DNA from: Candidatus Hydrothermarchaeum profundi
Lineage (GTDB): Archaea; Hydrothermarchaeota; Hydrothermarchaeia; Hydrothermarchaeales; Hydrothermarchaeaceae
Assembly (NCBI GenBank): GCA_002011125.2
Contig: MTMF02000009.1
Location: forward strand, 1,192,989 to 1,256,988
Direction: 5' to 3'
DNA: 64,000 bases
Positions within the stretch are counted from its first letter, which is position 1; each line of letters begins with the position of its first letter. Positions 10,368-20,822 of this stretch are shown here, piece by piece. The translations under genes and the position numbers were made by a program. The notes under the pieces were generated by a model, which ran no database searches, was not told where the DNA came from, and saw only the letters and a list, made by a program, of their open reading frames with translations.

Positions 10368-11615
10368 TCAAAATTGTTTGAGAATATAGATTATTAGGAA
10401 TATTGATAGTAGTCCAACGAATGTAAAGCTCAAGGTAGAGGCGATAGCGGCACCTACTATTCCAAGTTTTGGTATTAGTATTATATTCAAAACTACATCA
10501 ATCCCTGCCGTTATTCCTAAGAGTCTCATGGGGACCTTTGGTTTTCCTAATCCCTGAAGTATACCTGAGTTGACTGTAAAAATACCGAGGAAAGCGGTTC
10601 CTAAAACTAGTATCCTAAAAGGCACTGCAGCTTCTATGTAAGTGGCACCGAAAAGAAGGGATATTATTTTCTCTGAAAATATGATGGATAATGTTGTAGC
10701 GGGTATTAGCACAGCAAGGGAAATTTTGTAGGAATAGATAATGCTCATTCTAATTTTTTTTAGGTTTCTCTTATGTCTTAACTCTGATATAGAAGGTATT
10801 AGAGTTGCATATAGTGCAACTGAGAATGCAAGCACTAGTCTCGATGTGGGTGAAGCAGCAGAGTATAATCCGACATCATGTGGTGTAAGGAAGTATCCTA
10901 ATAGTAGGATATCAATATAAGCTAAAACAAAAGATGAGATAGAGGTAGCACTTACTGGTAAGGAAAAAAAGAAAACTTCTTTAAAAACTTTAAAATCTGG
11001 ATTGCCTAATCTCTGGTCTAACCTCCAGAATAGAATGAAAGCTAATGGCACAGCTACAATAAATCCTAGTGTAGAGCCAAGTATAGCGGATGTAGCAGTG
11101 GCGCTTATCACGGTGAATATTACCGCTAACGCGATTCTCGCTATTTGCTGAAATATGAGAACGGCGGCCATGTAGTTCATCCGCATAAATCCTTGAAATA
11201 CTCCGGTATAAACTGAGATAAGGAATCCAAAGGGCATTGCTAGCGCTGATATCTTAAAAGGGAAGATGACTTCCTTTGTTCCAAAGAAGTAGACCCCTAT
11301 AGGCTTAGATAATATAAAAAAAACAGTACCTAGCGCGAGGCCTATTATAGAATAATATACTAAGGATGAGGATATAACCAGCTTCAGAGCTTTTTCATCT
11401 TCTTTTTTTTCAGCAACAAATTTTGCAATAGACGGCGCTATCCCAGAAGACGCTAAAATAATCACCAAGTACTGGATAGGGAGAGCCATATTAAGGATGC
11501 CAAATTCGGTTGTTGATAGCATTCTCCCCATGAGAATTCGGTAAATGTAGCCTGAGACTCTTACAGCCAAGTTACTGGCAGTTAGTATGATACTTCCCTT
11601 TAGGAGTGCTTTCAT
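10368..11615 (-). CDS. Polysaccharide/oligosaccharide flippase (Wzx/MOP family)
   Basis: About 12 hydrophobic segments. MGRMLS..EFG, DILLLG..L...DVGLYSAA, LNIILIPKLGIVGAAIAS. Confidence 0.9.
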   Translation of the reverse strand: MKALLKGSIILTASNLAVRVSGYIYRILMGRMLSTTEFGILNMALPIQYLVIILASSGIAPSIAKFVAEKKEDEKALKLVISSSLVYYSIIGLALGTVFFILSKPIGVYFFGTKEVIFPFKISALAMPFGFLISVYTGVFQGFMRMNYMAAVLIFQQIARIALAVIFTVISATATSAILGSTLGFIVAVPLAFILFWRLDQRLGNPDFKVFKEVFFFSLPVSATSISSFVLAYIDILLLGYFLTPHDVGLYSAASPTSRLVLAFSVALYATLIPSISELRHKRNLKKIRMSIIYSYKISLAVLIPATTLSIIFSEKIISLLFGATYIEAAVPFRILVLGTAFLGIFTVNSGILQGLGKPKVPMRLLGITAGIDVVLNIILIPKLGIVGAAIASTLSFTFVGLLSIFLIIYILKQF

Positions 11616-12124
11616 GGGATAGGCGTCTAAATACTAGACTTAAAATCCTTTTGGTTTTGACACAAGAATAACATTTCTTTATTTTATTAGGATCTTGGGT
11701 CTCCCCGACTCAGCATAAGGAAGGGTCATGCATCTTATCTATAAAGAGTCTTTATACTACCGCAGAGGCGGTACTAGGGATTTTACTTGTGACCGAAGAT
11801 ATATCTAGACGAACGCTAAGCACCTTCTAATCCGTAAAATCTTTTATTGTATTACAAGTCTTCCTTGTTTATTCTTTTTTAGGTTCTATGGCGTATGAGA
11901 TTTTAATCACTCTATTTTATAGAAGATTATTCATATTACTCTTATTCCGGAGTATTTTAGTCTTCTCATAAAGGATAATTGAACATTGAACTCAGAGTCT
12001 AACATTAACTAAGATTGGCTCATTGCGCTTTTATTATCCGCTTCTCTACTAAACCATAATACTTAAGTTATTTAAGGTTAAATATCATCCTCAAAACTTT
12101 AGTGACTTTAAAAAGTGATATGAC

Positions 12125-14206
12125 ATGGATTATCAATTTAGAAATAAACTCTCTGCTGAGGAACTGAAAAAGAACAAAATCATACCTATATTATTCGGAA
12201 TTTTCTTCGTTGGATTTTCCATCAGATACATAACACATCATGATCTGTTATTTGACCCGGACTCTTATCTCTGGTACAGAATGGCGAATTACTATGCGGG
12301 TATAAATACAGAGCATATTATAGAAAAAGGGGGGAATCTAATCGATACTCTCGCCTATTATCCCACAGGCAGAAATCTAGATAAAGAACTATTCCTGCTC
12401 CCCTGGGTCATTGGGTACTCCTATAAGCTATTATCCTTTGTAGGATTAGCTAATATGGATATGATGGATTACATGTTTATTTTTGGACCTTTTTTCGGAG
12501 GATTGACGGCAGTAGCAGGTTTTTTTGTGATGAGAGAACTTACAAATGTAAGAGTAGCAGCATTTTCCTCTACTTTCTACGCTTTTTCATCTAATGCTTT
12601 TACGAGGAATACGGCGGGGGATACAGGTCAAGAAAGTCTTGGTACTTTCCTTATATTTATGTGGATATACTTTTTTATAAAGGCTGCAAAGGAAGAACCC
12701 CTTAGTAGGAAACAGATATATTACTCATTAGCCGGAGGCATCATTCTTGCTCTAGCTAATTCAACTTGGGGCGGGAATTTCTTTTATTATGGTATGGTAT
12801 TAGCTTCTGTGTTTTTTTACACTTTATTAGGTATTTTAAGGGAAGACAATTATAAAACTGAGAAGGTATTGGTACCCTTTAGTATAGTCTATGTTACAGG
12901 AGCGGTATTTTCATATTTGCTGATACCCTATAGGTATCCATTAAAGGCATTCTATACCAACCCACCTAATATGATGGTTACTTTTATGGTGCTTCTTTCT
13001 CTGGCGCTGGTTGTTAATTTTAGGCGAAAGCTAGGTATAAGGCCTATTTATATCGTAGCTGGTTTATTTACCATATCACTTGCAATAGCTTATACTATGG
13101 GCAAGCTTGACCATGTTATAGAATTCTTTCAGGGATTCATTCATGGCAAAAAAAGCTTGACTGGTGAAACAGTCGCCTATTACAGAATGGTTGGCTGGGA
13201 CGAGTTCAAAAACACTTATGGAGTGATTCTAATAGGGTTAGTCTTTGCTCCTCTGCTATTAGCTTATGAGTATTGGAAGGATGGAGATTTTAGGTGGGTA
13301 TTCCTCTTCATGTGGCTTATACTTGGTGCGGTTGCTTTTAGATGGATGGTTAGACTCTCCTTCTTATTAGCTTTGATTTTGCCCACTGTTACTTTTTTGC
13401 TAGCAGACAGGTTTACATTAGGAAAAGAGGTCTCATTTAGCGGTAAAAAAAAGGCAGAGAAATCCTTGGTAAACCCTGGGAAGTTTAATGCGCTAGTGCT
13501 CATTGCCGTTGTCTTTTTGATAGCAGTTCCTAATCTTAATGATGGAGTCGCAGCTGCGCGTGCACTAAAATTTAGTGATAATGGCGTTAAACCATGGCAA
13601 GATGCAGGGCAATGGATTAAGGAAAATACGCCAGAGAACGCTCTTCTGATTCACTGGTGGGACTATGGATATCATCTCCAGACCTTCGCAGAGAGGAGGA
13701 CTATCGTGGACGGAGGCAATGCTGGTCCTCCAGTTCCGGGAGGTAATGTTAATAGGAATGTTGATGTAGCTAAAATGTTCACTTCAACTGAAGATTATTT
13801 TCCAAAATTTTTAGAGATATATAATCCTGAAGATTTGCCAGTCTATGTATTAGTTAGTGTAGAAGAATTTGGAAAAAGTGGTGCAATAAACTTCCACGCT
13901 GGAGATGAATTATTTATAACAAGTTTTACCGTACCCGCATCAGGCAATCAAGATCAGGATCAGAGGACTATTGGCGATATTCTCAAGAGAAATCAACTTA
14001 GTACTTATCATATTATCAATTATGGAAGCTATTATCAGATTTGGACTCAGATATTGCGTGATAATCAAGGAAACTACCATCCCGAGTGGAGCGAGAAGTT
14101 GCTGGCAAAGTTGTTGCCTTTCAATACCGGTTACGGACAAGGGTTAAAACATTTTCAATTGGTATATCAGAATGGATGGGTGTATATATACAGGTATTTA
14201 TCTTAA
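12125..14206 (+). CDS. aglB: Oligosaccharyltransferase AglB (STT3 family), divergent catalytic motifs
   Basis: FDPDSY, YYPTG, multi-TM N-terminal half, WWDYG, RRTIVDGG, ExxK (EEFGK). Confidence 0.9.
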   Translation: MDYQFRNKLSAEELKKNKIIPILFGIFFVGFSIRYITHHDLLFDPDSYLWYRMANYYAGINTEHIIEKGGNLIDTLAYYPTGRNLDKELFLLPWVIGYSYKLLSFVGLANMDMMDYMFIFGPFFGGLTAVAGFFVMRELTNVRVAAFSSTFYAFSSNAFTRNTAGDTGQESLGTFLIFMWIYFFIKAAKEEPLSRKQIYYSLAGGIILALANSTWGGNFFYYGMVLASVFFYTLLGILREDNYKTEKVLVPFSIVYVTGAVFSYLLIPYRYPLKAFYTNPPNMMVTFMVLLSLALVVNFRRKLGIRPIYIVAGLFTISLAIAYTMGKLDHVIEFFQGFIHGKKSLTGETVAYYRMVGWDEFKNTYGVILIGLVFAPLLLAYEYWKDGDFRWVFLFMWLILGAVAFRWMVRLSFLLALILPTVTFLLADRFTLGKEVSFSGKKKAEKSLVNPGKFNALVLIAVVFLIAVPNLNDGVAAARALKFSDNGVKPWQDAGQWIKENTPENALLIHWWDYGYHLQTFAERRTIVDGGNAGPPVPGGNVNRNVDVAKMFTSTEDYFPKFLEIYNPEDLPVYVLVSVEEFGKSGAINFHAGDELFITSFTVPASGNQDQDQRTIGDILKRNQLSTYHIINYGSYYQIWTQILRDNQGNYHPEWSEKLLAKLLPFNTGYGQGLKHFQLVYQNGWVYIYRYLS

Positions 14207-14850
14207 TGGGTTTAGCTTTTTATCTCTTATTTTACCGTTTATTGGTATTCTCAAAATAAACAGGCGGCACTATAGTGATTTGTTTTTGATGGTATGGTTA
14301 TTTTTACCTCTCCTGTTTTTTTATGTTTATAACAACCCAAAAGCATCCCAGATTTTCTAATTATTGTGCCAGCGATAATTCTGTTAACAAGTAAAGCATC
14401 CATTACTGCTAAATCTAAGAAAGTTTTTATCATCCTTATTATAGCTTCTCTTTCTGGAATTTTATTTTCTCTTGATTCTATAGCCCTAGAACATGACGGT
14501 TATAAGAACGCTGGATTATTTTTAAAAAATATGCAAAAGAAGGTGATATTATATTTCATACTCTACAAGGTCCTCATTTACTCTTCTACTATCCTAAGGG
14601 AAATTGGCGGGATCCTGATAAATATTCAACGGGTGAAAATGTAACAATTGTTGTTTTAGATCATCATAAGTATTTGGGGATGTATTGAGATATATCCGTG
14701 TAAATAATATAGGAGATAATTTAAAACCAGTTGCAATATTTAGAGATGAAATGTATTTTTATAGATTTAGTGATTTATTTAACTCCAGCGATTTTAATAT
14801 TAAAATATACAGGATCCCTATAACAGATAGGATTGAATACTTGATTTATT
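14206..14850 (+). pseudogene. Frameshifted C-terminal remnant of a GT-C (ArnT/PMT-like) membrane glycosyltransferase
   Basis: Fragments in shifting frames: LFLMVWLFLPLLFF, PAIILL, GYKNAGLFLKN (compare YMEAGKWLKEN in 42479-43948), ...IKIYRIP. Boundaries approximate. Confidence 0.55.
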
Positions 14851-14943
14851 GATTTTTGCACTTGGAATAAGTAGAAGTCTAATGCATTTAATTTTCTTAT
14901 TTTTGTTTTCGAAATAGTTTAATTTTTTTTATGTGTAGGGATG

Positions 14944-15691
14944 CCTGTCCAAATAGAAGGGTAAGCTATAAATCAGCTAGTAGCTAAGCTTCTCTTATGC
15001 ATGAGGTTTGATGTTCGAAGCTGCATGCTGAGCTTGGGCATCTTTCAGAGGAAGAAGATTTTCCCTTGGAGCTAAAAGTTTTTGGGGATCGTGAACTACA
15101 TATTTTTTATGACCTGTTTTCACAGGACAGTTAAGGTGTTATCTCTTTTTAAAAACGAGCAAGGGTGCAGTACACTACTGAATGGCCGGATTCAAGGGAG
15201 AAGGCTTAGGGCTAGGGATTGAGGCCAAAATCGAGAAGACGATAGCTTTGAACAAGACGATGATAAAAGTGAATGGGAGGCCTTCTACCTCTATGCAGCT
15301 CTGGACGTAGAGAAGAACGGGATAGTGTGGATGCGCGATATGCTGTGAGGAACTACCTCACGGCATTGGGCTTTATTAAGACGGTGCTACGATACTGCGA
15401 GAACAAGCCTTGTTTCGTCGTAGATATGGCCCTGGTATACTGGAGTCTTCCGGAGGCTTGATGTAAGGCATGAGCACGAGACCTTCGGCGAGAGGAACAA
15501 GGCCGAAGCCGCCTTCTCCTCTTATAAGTAGCGAGCAGGGTCTACTTCAATAACCTCGACATCAACTTCAGGGAGTAGCTGAAGAAAGAGGATAGGAGGC
15601 TATGATGAAGGCAAGCACTGTGACATGCCAATTTCTTCGCCTTCACTTTCATAATGCTACAATCAACTGAGGTAGTGCTTATCTGGACAGG
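14944..15691 (+). mobile_element. Degenerate IS6-family insertion sequence
   Basis: Terminal inverted repeats CCTGTCCAAATA (14944-14955) and TATCTGGACAGG (15680-15691), 11/12 match. Broken DDE transposase fragments TMIKVNG, FYLYAALDVE, NKP..VVD..PWY, HETFGERN. Confidence 0.75.
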
Positions 15692-15810
15692 TCTGGAGGG
15701 TTACGTAGTTCTACAAAAGCTACAAATAGTTGAGTTAATAACAAATAATATAATAAAAAAATTTTCCTCAGATAAACGTTTATCAAGATTTACAATAGGA
15801 GGTTGAAGAA

Positions 15811-16573
15811 ATGAGTAGAATTACAACGATTTTTATCTTGTTTTTTTTCTAATTAATGTTGGGGGAGTAGGTGCCTCCTCTTCGTTTTCCAAAAGCAAGT
15901 TCTTTTTTTTGATGATTTCGAAGACGGTGATATATCAGATTGGTATATCCATGGTGGGGGAGTTTCATTTTCAGCCTCAACGGAAGAAGCTTATGAGGGA
16001 TTATATTCTCTCAAGATGCAAAGAACATTAACAAGGGTTGAATCTGGAATTTATAAAGCTTTTCAAGAAAATAACCCAAGTTCATTTAAAATTTTTTTAA
16101 TGATCAGGGACTTAACCGATTCATACATTTATTTTTATCTCGGAGATAACCCCGGTACAGTTCACATGGGTCAAGATTATAGGATAGGTTTTACATGGTA
16201 TGGCGGAAGTCTTTACTACTTCGATACTAATAATGATAGGGTGGCTATTGCTTCTGGTCTTAAGCCGAATACTTGGTATGAGATTACGATTAGGAATATT
16301 GACTATTCTGCAGATACCTATGACATATATCTTGATGGAGAATTAAAGATGGAAAATGCTCCGTTTAGGAGCTCTGAGGGCAATATAACGCATTTACAAA
16401 TAGACTTAGACATGTGGCGAACCAGAACTTTTTATGTAGATTACATACAGTCACCAGTAAGCGATGAAAATAGGGGTCATGGTAATGACCCTGACGGTTC
16501 TGATGAAGAAAATCCAGGACAAGGTTGCGATCACAAAAATGATAACGGAAATAAAAAGCGTTGCTCAACCTAA
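15811..16573 (+). pseudogene. Secreted beta-sandwich (lectin/ConA-like) protein with two N-terminal frameshifts
   Basis: GGAGG RBS and ATG at 15811, signal-peptide-like start. DDFEDGDISDW is in frame with the 16016 ORF. NTWYEITI...YDIYLDG, FYVDYI and C-terminal GHGNDPDGSDEENPG. Confidence 0.6.
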
Positions 16574-17265
16574 AGAATACAATCCCAAAAGTCTATAAAT
16601 GCAAAATAATAGCTACCTGAAAGTAGAGGATATACTCTATGGGACTCATAGCTATTGGGCATAAAAATATAGTGGAGGTAAAAATCCTAAAGGGCAAGTT
16701 TAGATTCTCGTGCATTAACCTATATTGACTATTAAAGGCCAATTTTCGTGCATTAAAAATTCTTGAGGATATATAAAACCTCTTCATTATAGGTTTCTAG
16801 AAGCAGAAGCTTAGTAGAAAAAAACGTAAAGTTAAAAGGGATACCTCAAAAAGGTAGATCTAAATGTTATGTGTACTGAAGAAATTCTTTCTAACGTAAA
16901 AAATTAAAGTTTGTTCTAATCCTATACTCCCGCTGGGTGGTTATTGATCCGCGAGTTATTACAACTTCAAATAGCGATAGAATGCTTGTCATATAAATTT
17001 CATAGGTTCCTATTCCACAAGAGTGTAAGGATTGCTTGAATCATTATGGCAGATGCTCTTGAAATCCATGAAATATCTAATGTTAAATTAATATTGAGTA
17101 ATTTAGCATGCTCTCCCCTCGAATATTAGCCATTAGCTATTAGGTTCAAAATAAGAAATTTTGAGTACTATGTTTTTTCCTCAATAATATTTGGTAAACT
17201 ATGGTATTGCACTGGTTCAGATATTAACTAAAGATGATCCCTATAAATATCTACAGATATGAACT

Positions 17266-18396
17266 TTATTTAAAACTTTTTTGTAAAAAAGGAAGAAAGG
17301 GACTTGACAAAGAATACTTTGACTTACTGGTTTCTGTAAGTTTTTTGGTTGTCCTCAAAATACATGATTTGGGTTTCCATTTTTCATTTTGATCCATACT
17401 TGTCACTAAGGCCTTTTTTATTTTTCTTGTCTCAAGACCGAATTTTATGAGTGAAGTTACTACTCCTCCATCTTGTGAGTTTTTAAGAATTTCCTGCATT
17501 GTTGAACGTGCTGAATAAATCTTCTTTGCATCACTGTTTGTATAAAATTTTGTAATTAACTGGATCTCATCGCATCCAAAAGCAAGATTAGCCTTAGGGC
17601 ATATTATGAAACATGCTCCACATATTTTTTTATGGCATTCCCCCTTTATCCTAGGAAGTTCTCCTTCAAATTCAAAAGCTTGTGTTGGGCAGATGGAAGC
17701 ACAAGCTCCACATTTTATACAAATATTTCGTGAAATTACGAAAAAATCTAATACATAGCAGTTTTGATTAACCGTTAATTCATAAATTTCCTTCTTTTTT
17801 ATGTCAGAGAAGTTATTATAAAAAATCGGAAGTCCTTCCAGATGTTTATTCATCTCTTTGATTGCAGATTCTCTCTTTTTTATATCCATTTTTCTAATCC
17901 TATCTAACTGTTTCTTATCAACTTCAGAAACTTCTATGTATCCTCTGCGAATAGCTTCCAATACAAAACTTGACCCTTTTTCAGAGCGTGTTATTAAGGT
18001 TGACCATCCTGTTGGAGAACCCATTGAACCCACAGAGATATCAGAAAAGTTAGAACTAAAATCTGAGCAAATTCTACAGCCTTCATGTACCAATTTTCTG
18101 AGTTCATATATCTCAAGGTCTATTCTTTCGTCTCCAAAAAATAATTCTATCGAGTTATTTTCAATTGTCATTTTAGTAAGACAGTTTATTTCTCTTACTT
18201 CTTCAATTAATTTCTTCAAATATTTGTACTCTATATTTTCCTTACAGAACAGACCTATTGTTATATCTATATCTTTAAACCAGCTTAAACTTTGGAATGC
18301 AACTGAATCCGTGCTATCTTCTTTGAGATTATATTGATAAAAGCTCTGAATTTTCCTGATAGCTTGTATATGGCAGGGGAGTCCAACAAATAACAT
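17266..18396 (-). CDS. F420 hydrogenase/dehydrogenase beta-subunit-like protein (FrhB/FpoF family), circularly permuted, with 2x[4Fe-4S] ferredoxin domain
   Basis: VGLPCHIQAIRK, IGLFCxE, GCxxCxDF..DISVGSMGSPTGWS (C domain), then CIKCGACASICP/CGACFIICP, then QDGGVVTSL...SKYS (N domain). Confidence 0.85.
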   Translation of the reverse strand: MLFVGLPCHIQAIRKIQSFYQYNLKEDSTDSVAFQSLSWFKDIDITIGLFCKENIEYKYLKKLIEEVREINCLTKMTIENNSIELFFGDERIDLEIYELRKLVHEGCRICSDFSSNFSDISVGSMGSPTGWSTLITRSEKGSSFVLEAIRRGYIEVSEVDKKQLDRIRKMDIKKRESAIKEMNKHLEGLPIFYNNFSDIKKKEIYELTVNQNCYVLDFFVISRNICIKCGACASICPTQAFEFEGELPRIKGECHKKICGACFIICPKANLAFGCDEIQLITKFYTNSDAKKIYSARSTMQEILKNSQDGGVVTSLIKFGLETRKIKKALVTSMDQNEKWKPKSCILRTTKKLTETSKSKYSLSSPFLPFLQKSFK

Positions 18397-18504
18397 ATTT
18401 TGTGATGAGGTTTTTTAACTTTAAAATTATTTTTGTTAGAGTAGAGCTCTATGTGTTATTTAATGTTAATATTTATTTAATCTTACATATAAAGAATATT
18501 TAGA

Positions 18505-19905
18505 GTGATTTTAATGAAGGTTACATTGATTAATCCTATGATATCTCGGAAAGAACTAAGGTGGGATATTGAGGGATCTTACCCTCCATTAGGGCTTTGT
18601 TATATAGCTTCTGTATTAGAGGAAAAAGGTCATAAGGTAAACATAATAGATGCGGAATGCCTCCATTTATCTGGAAAAGAACTTGAGGCGGAATTAAAGA
18701 GACAAAGTCCTGATATTGTAGGTATCACTTCAGTTACACCAAAATATGAGAGATTTGTTGAAACGATTAAAGTAGTAGAAAAAATAGATAGAGAGATACC
18801 TATTGTACTAGGGGGGCCCCATGCTACTCAAGTTCCAATAGAAACAATGCAAAGCTTGAGTGAAGTAGACTTTTTGGTAAGAGATGAAGGCGAGCATACT
18901 ATGGCAGAGTTGGTGCATGCCATTGAAAAAGATATTCCTTTTAATGAAATAAAAGGGTTGGTCTACAGGAAAAATGGAAAGATAAAATGTAATGAGCGAA
19001 GACCGTTTATAGAAAATCTCGATGAACTTCCGTTCCCTGCAAGACATTTGATTCCAGATCTTAAAAGATATAAACTACCTTTTAGATATAAGAGACTTCC
19101 CGTTACTACTATGATAACTAGTAGAGGATGTCCGTTTGGTTGTTTATTTTGTGATAGGATTTTCGGGAAAAAATATAGGATGCATTCTGCAGATTACGTT
19201 ATTGAAGAAATCGAGCACCTTATTGAACGATATAAAATTAGGGAAATTCATTTCGTCGATGATATGTTTCTTCTAGATCATAAAAGGACTGAAGAAATAT
19301 GCAAAAAGATAATAGATAGAGGTATTGATATCTCATGGTCTTGTAATGGAAGGATTAATACGATGAGCAAAGAACACGCTAAATTAATAAAAAAAGCAGG
19401 ATGTTGGTATGTGAGTTTTGGAATTGAAAGTGGGAATCAAAGGATTTTGAATTTTATTAGGAAAGGCACTACTTTATCCCAAATTAAAAAAGTTGTAGGT
19501 TGGACGCATGAGGCTGGGATTTGGACTAAAGGATATTTTATGATAGGGCATCCAACTGATGATGAAGAAAGTATTAGGGATACAATAGAATTTGCAAAAT
19601 CATTGCCGCTAGATTCTGTCCAATTTAGTATAACGGTACCTTATCCAGGGACAGAATTATATGAAATTGCTCCAAATTATGGTCATTTTGAATATCAAAA
19701 CTATTCTAAGATGTCAGGGCATTCAAATGAACCTGTATTTGTTCCAAATGGTTTAACAAAGGATTTTTTAATAGAAATTCAAAAAAAAGCTTATAAAGAA
19801 TTTTATTTAAGGCCCTCATATATCCTAAGAAATATTCTTAAAATACGAGATTTGACTTCTCTTAAAAAATACTTAGAGAGAGGGCTTACTTATATTAAGG
19901 CATAA
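18505..19905 (+). CDS. Cobalamin-binding radical SAM protein (class B-like)
   Basis: PPLGLCYIAS, LGGPHAT, TSRGCPFGCLFC, FGIESGNQ, PYPGT. Confidence 0.92.
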   Translation: MILMKVTLINPMISRKELRWDIEGSYPPLGLCYIASVLEEKGHKVNIIDAECLHLSGKELEAELKRQSPDIVGITSVTPKYERFVETIKVVEKIDREIPIVLGGPHATQVPIETMQSLSEVDFLVRDEGEHTMAELVHAIEKDIPFNEIKGLVYRKNGKIKCNERRPFIENLDELPFPARHLIPDLKRYKLPFRYKRLPVTTMITSRGCPFGCLFCDRIFGKKYRMHSADYVIEEIEHLIERYKIREIHFVDDMFLLDHKRTEEICKKIIDRGIDISWSCNGRINTMSKEHAKLIKKAGCWYVSFGIESGNQRILNFIRKGTTLSQIKKVVGWTHEAGIWTKGYFMIGHPTDDEESIRDTIEFAKSLPLDSVQFSITVPYPGTELYEIAPNYGHFEYQNYSKMSGHSNEPVFVPNGLTKDFLIEIQKKAYKEFYLRPSYILRNILKIRDLTSLKKYLERGLTYIKA

Positions 19906-19922
19906 ATCAAAAAAGGTCTTTT

Positions 19923-20822
19923 ATGTTAGGGATCACAATAACTTTTTTGTTCTATTTTTTAACAGCTCTTTTTGTAAATATTATTGCTTTGCTCGTTCTA
20001 TCGTTTAGATTTCAAATAATAATGAATTCTCTAAACGAAAGACTCTCCCTTCTGAATTCATTTAATTCTCTTTGCTTTGTACAATTTACAAGTTATCTCA
20101 CTCCATTCAGAAGTGGTTCTGTTATAACAAGACCCTTAGCTATAAAGTTGCTTTCGGGGAATCCTATAAGAAAATCAGTAGTGCCTTCACTGTTCGAGCA
20201 ACTTTATGATCTGGGCTGGCAAATGTTGATACTGCCTTTTCTTTTACTAGTTGCAGGTGAAAAAAAACTACTCAATAATGCAATATTTGAGATTACTATT
20301 CTCTTATTGATGATTATAATATTTTCTTTTATCCTCAAGGATTATGAAAGTTATATTGAATTTATTTGGAAACTGAAAAATATTTTTCCAAATTTTATTA
20401 AAAGAAAAGTTATAAAGATCGGGGTAACTAAAAAAAATATAAAAAATATGATTAAAGAAATTTCTATATTTACGTCAAATAAGAATTTAATAATTAGAAT
20501 TTCAATTCTTACGCTTGTGTTAATTATCATTTTACCATTTATTGTACAATTAGCAGGCTCAATGTATTCACTAAAAATTTCTTATCAAAAATCTTTTCTA
20601 ATTTACTGGATATCAATGATAATCGGAAGACTATCAGGCATCCCTGGCGGCTTTGGGTCAAGAGATGTAACAATGATAGGTCTGTTAAATCTTTATTCTA
20701 TTGATTCAATTTTAGCAGTTAAAATCACTTTAGTGTATAGAATAATAGCTATGTTGCCTCATATAGTAGTAGGCGGATTTTTATCCTTATATTTCGGAAA
20801 AAAAATATATTCCCGTGTTTAA
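19923..20822 (+). CDS. Lysylphosphatidylglycerol-synthase TM-domain / UPF0104 flippase-like membrane protein
   Basis: Multi-TM, YLTPFRSG, GIPGGFGSRD, LVYRII. Confidence 0.8.
   Translation: MLGITITFLFYFLTALFVNIIALLVLSFRFQIIMNSLNERLSLLNSFNSLCFVQFTSYLTPFRSGSVITRPLAIKLLSGNPIRKSVVPSLFEQLYDLGWQMLILPFLLLVAGEKKLLNNAIFEITILLLMIIIFSFILKDYESYIEFIWKLKNIFPNFIKRKVIKIGVTKKNIKNMIKEISIFTSNKNLIIRISILTLVLIIILPFIVQLAGSMYSLKISYQKSFLIYWISMIIGRLSGIPGGFGSRDVTMIGLLNLYSIDSILAVKITLVYRIIAMLPHIVVGGFLSLYFGKKIYSRV

Noticed and set aside
15273-15461. Standalone 62-aa ORF (also 25824-26015)
   Set aside because: Both are fragments of broken transposases inside the IS relics.
16593-17100. 64-aa ORF and a possible heme-binding remnant (SICHN) on the minus strand
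   Set aside because: There is no complete CxxCH and no sustained reading frame, so no assignment is supportable.
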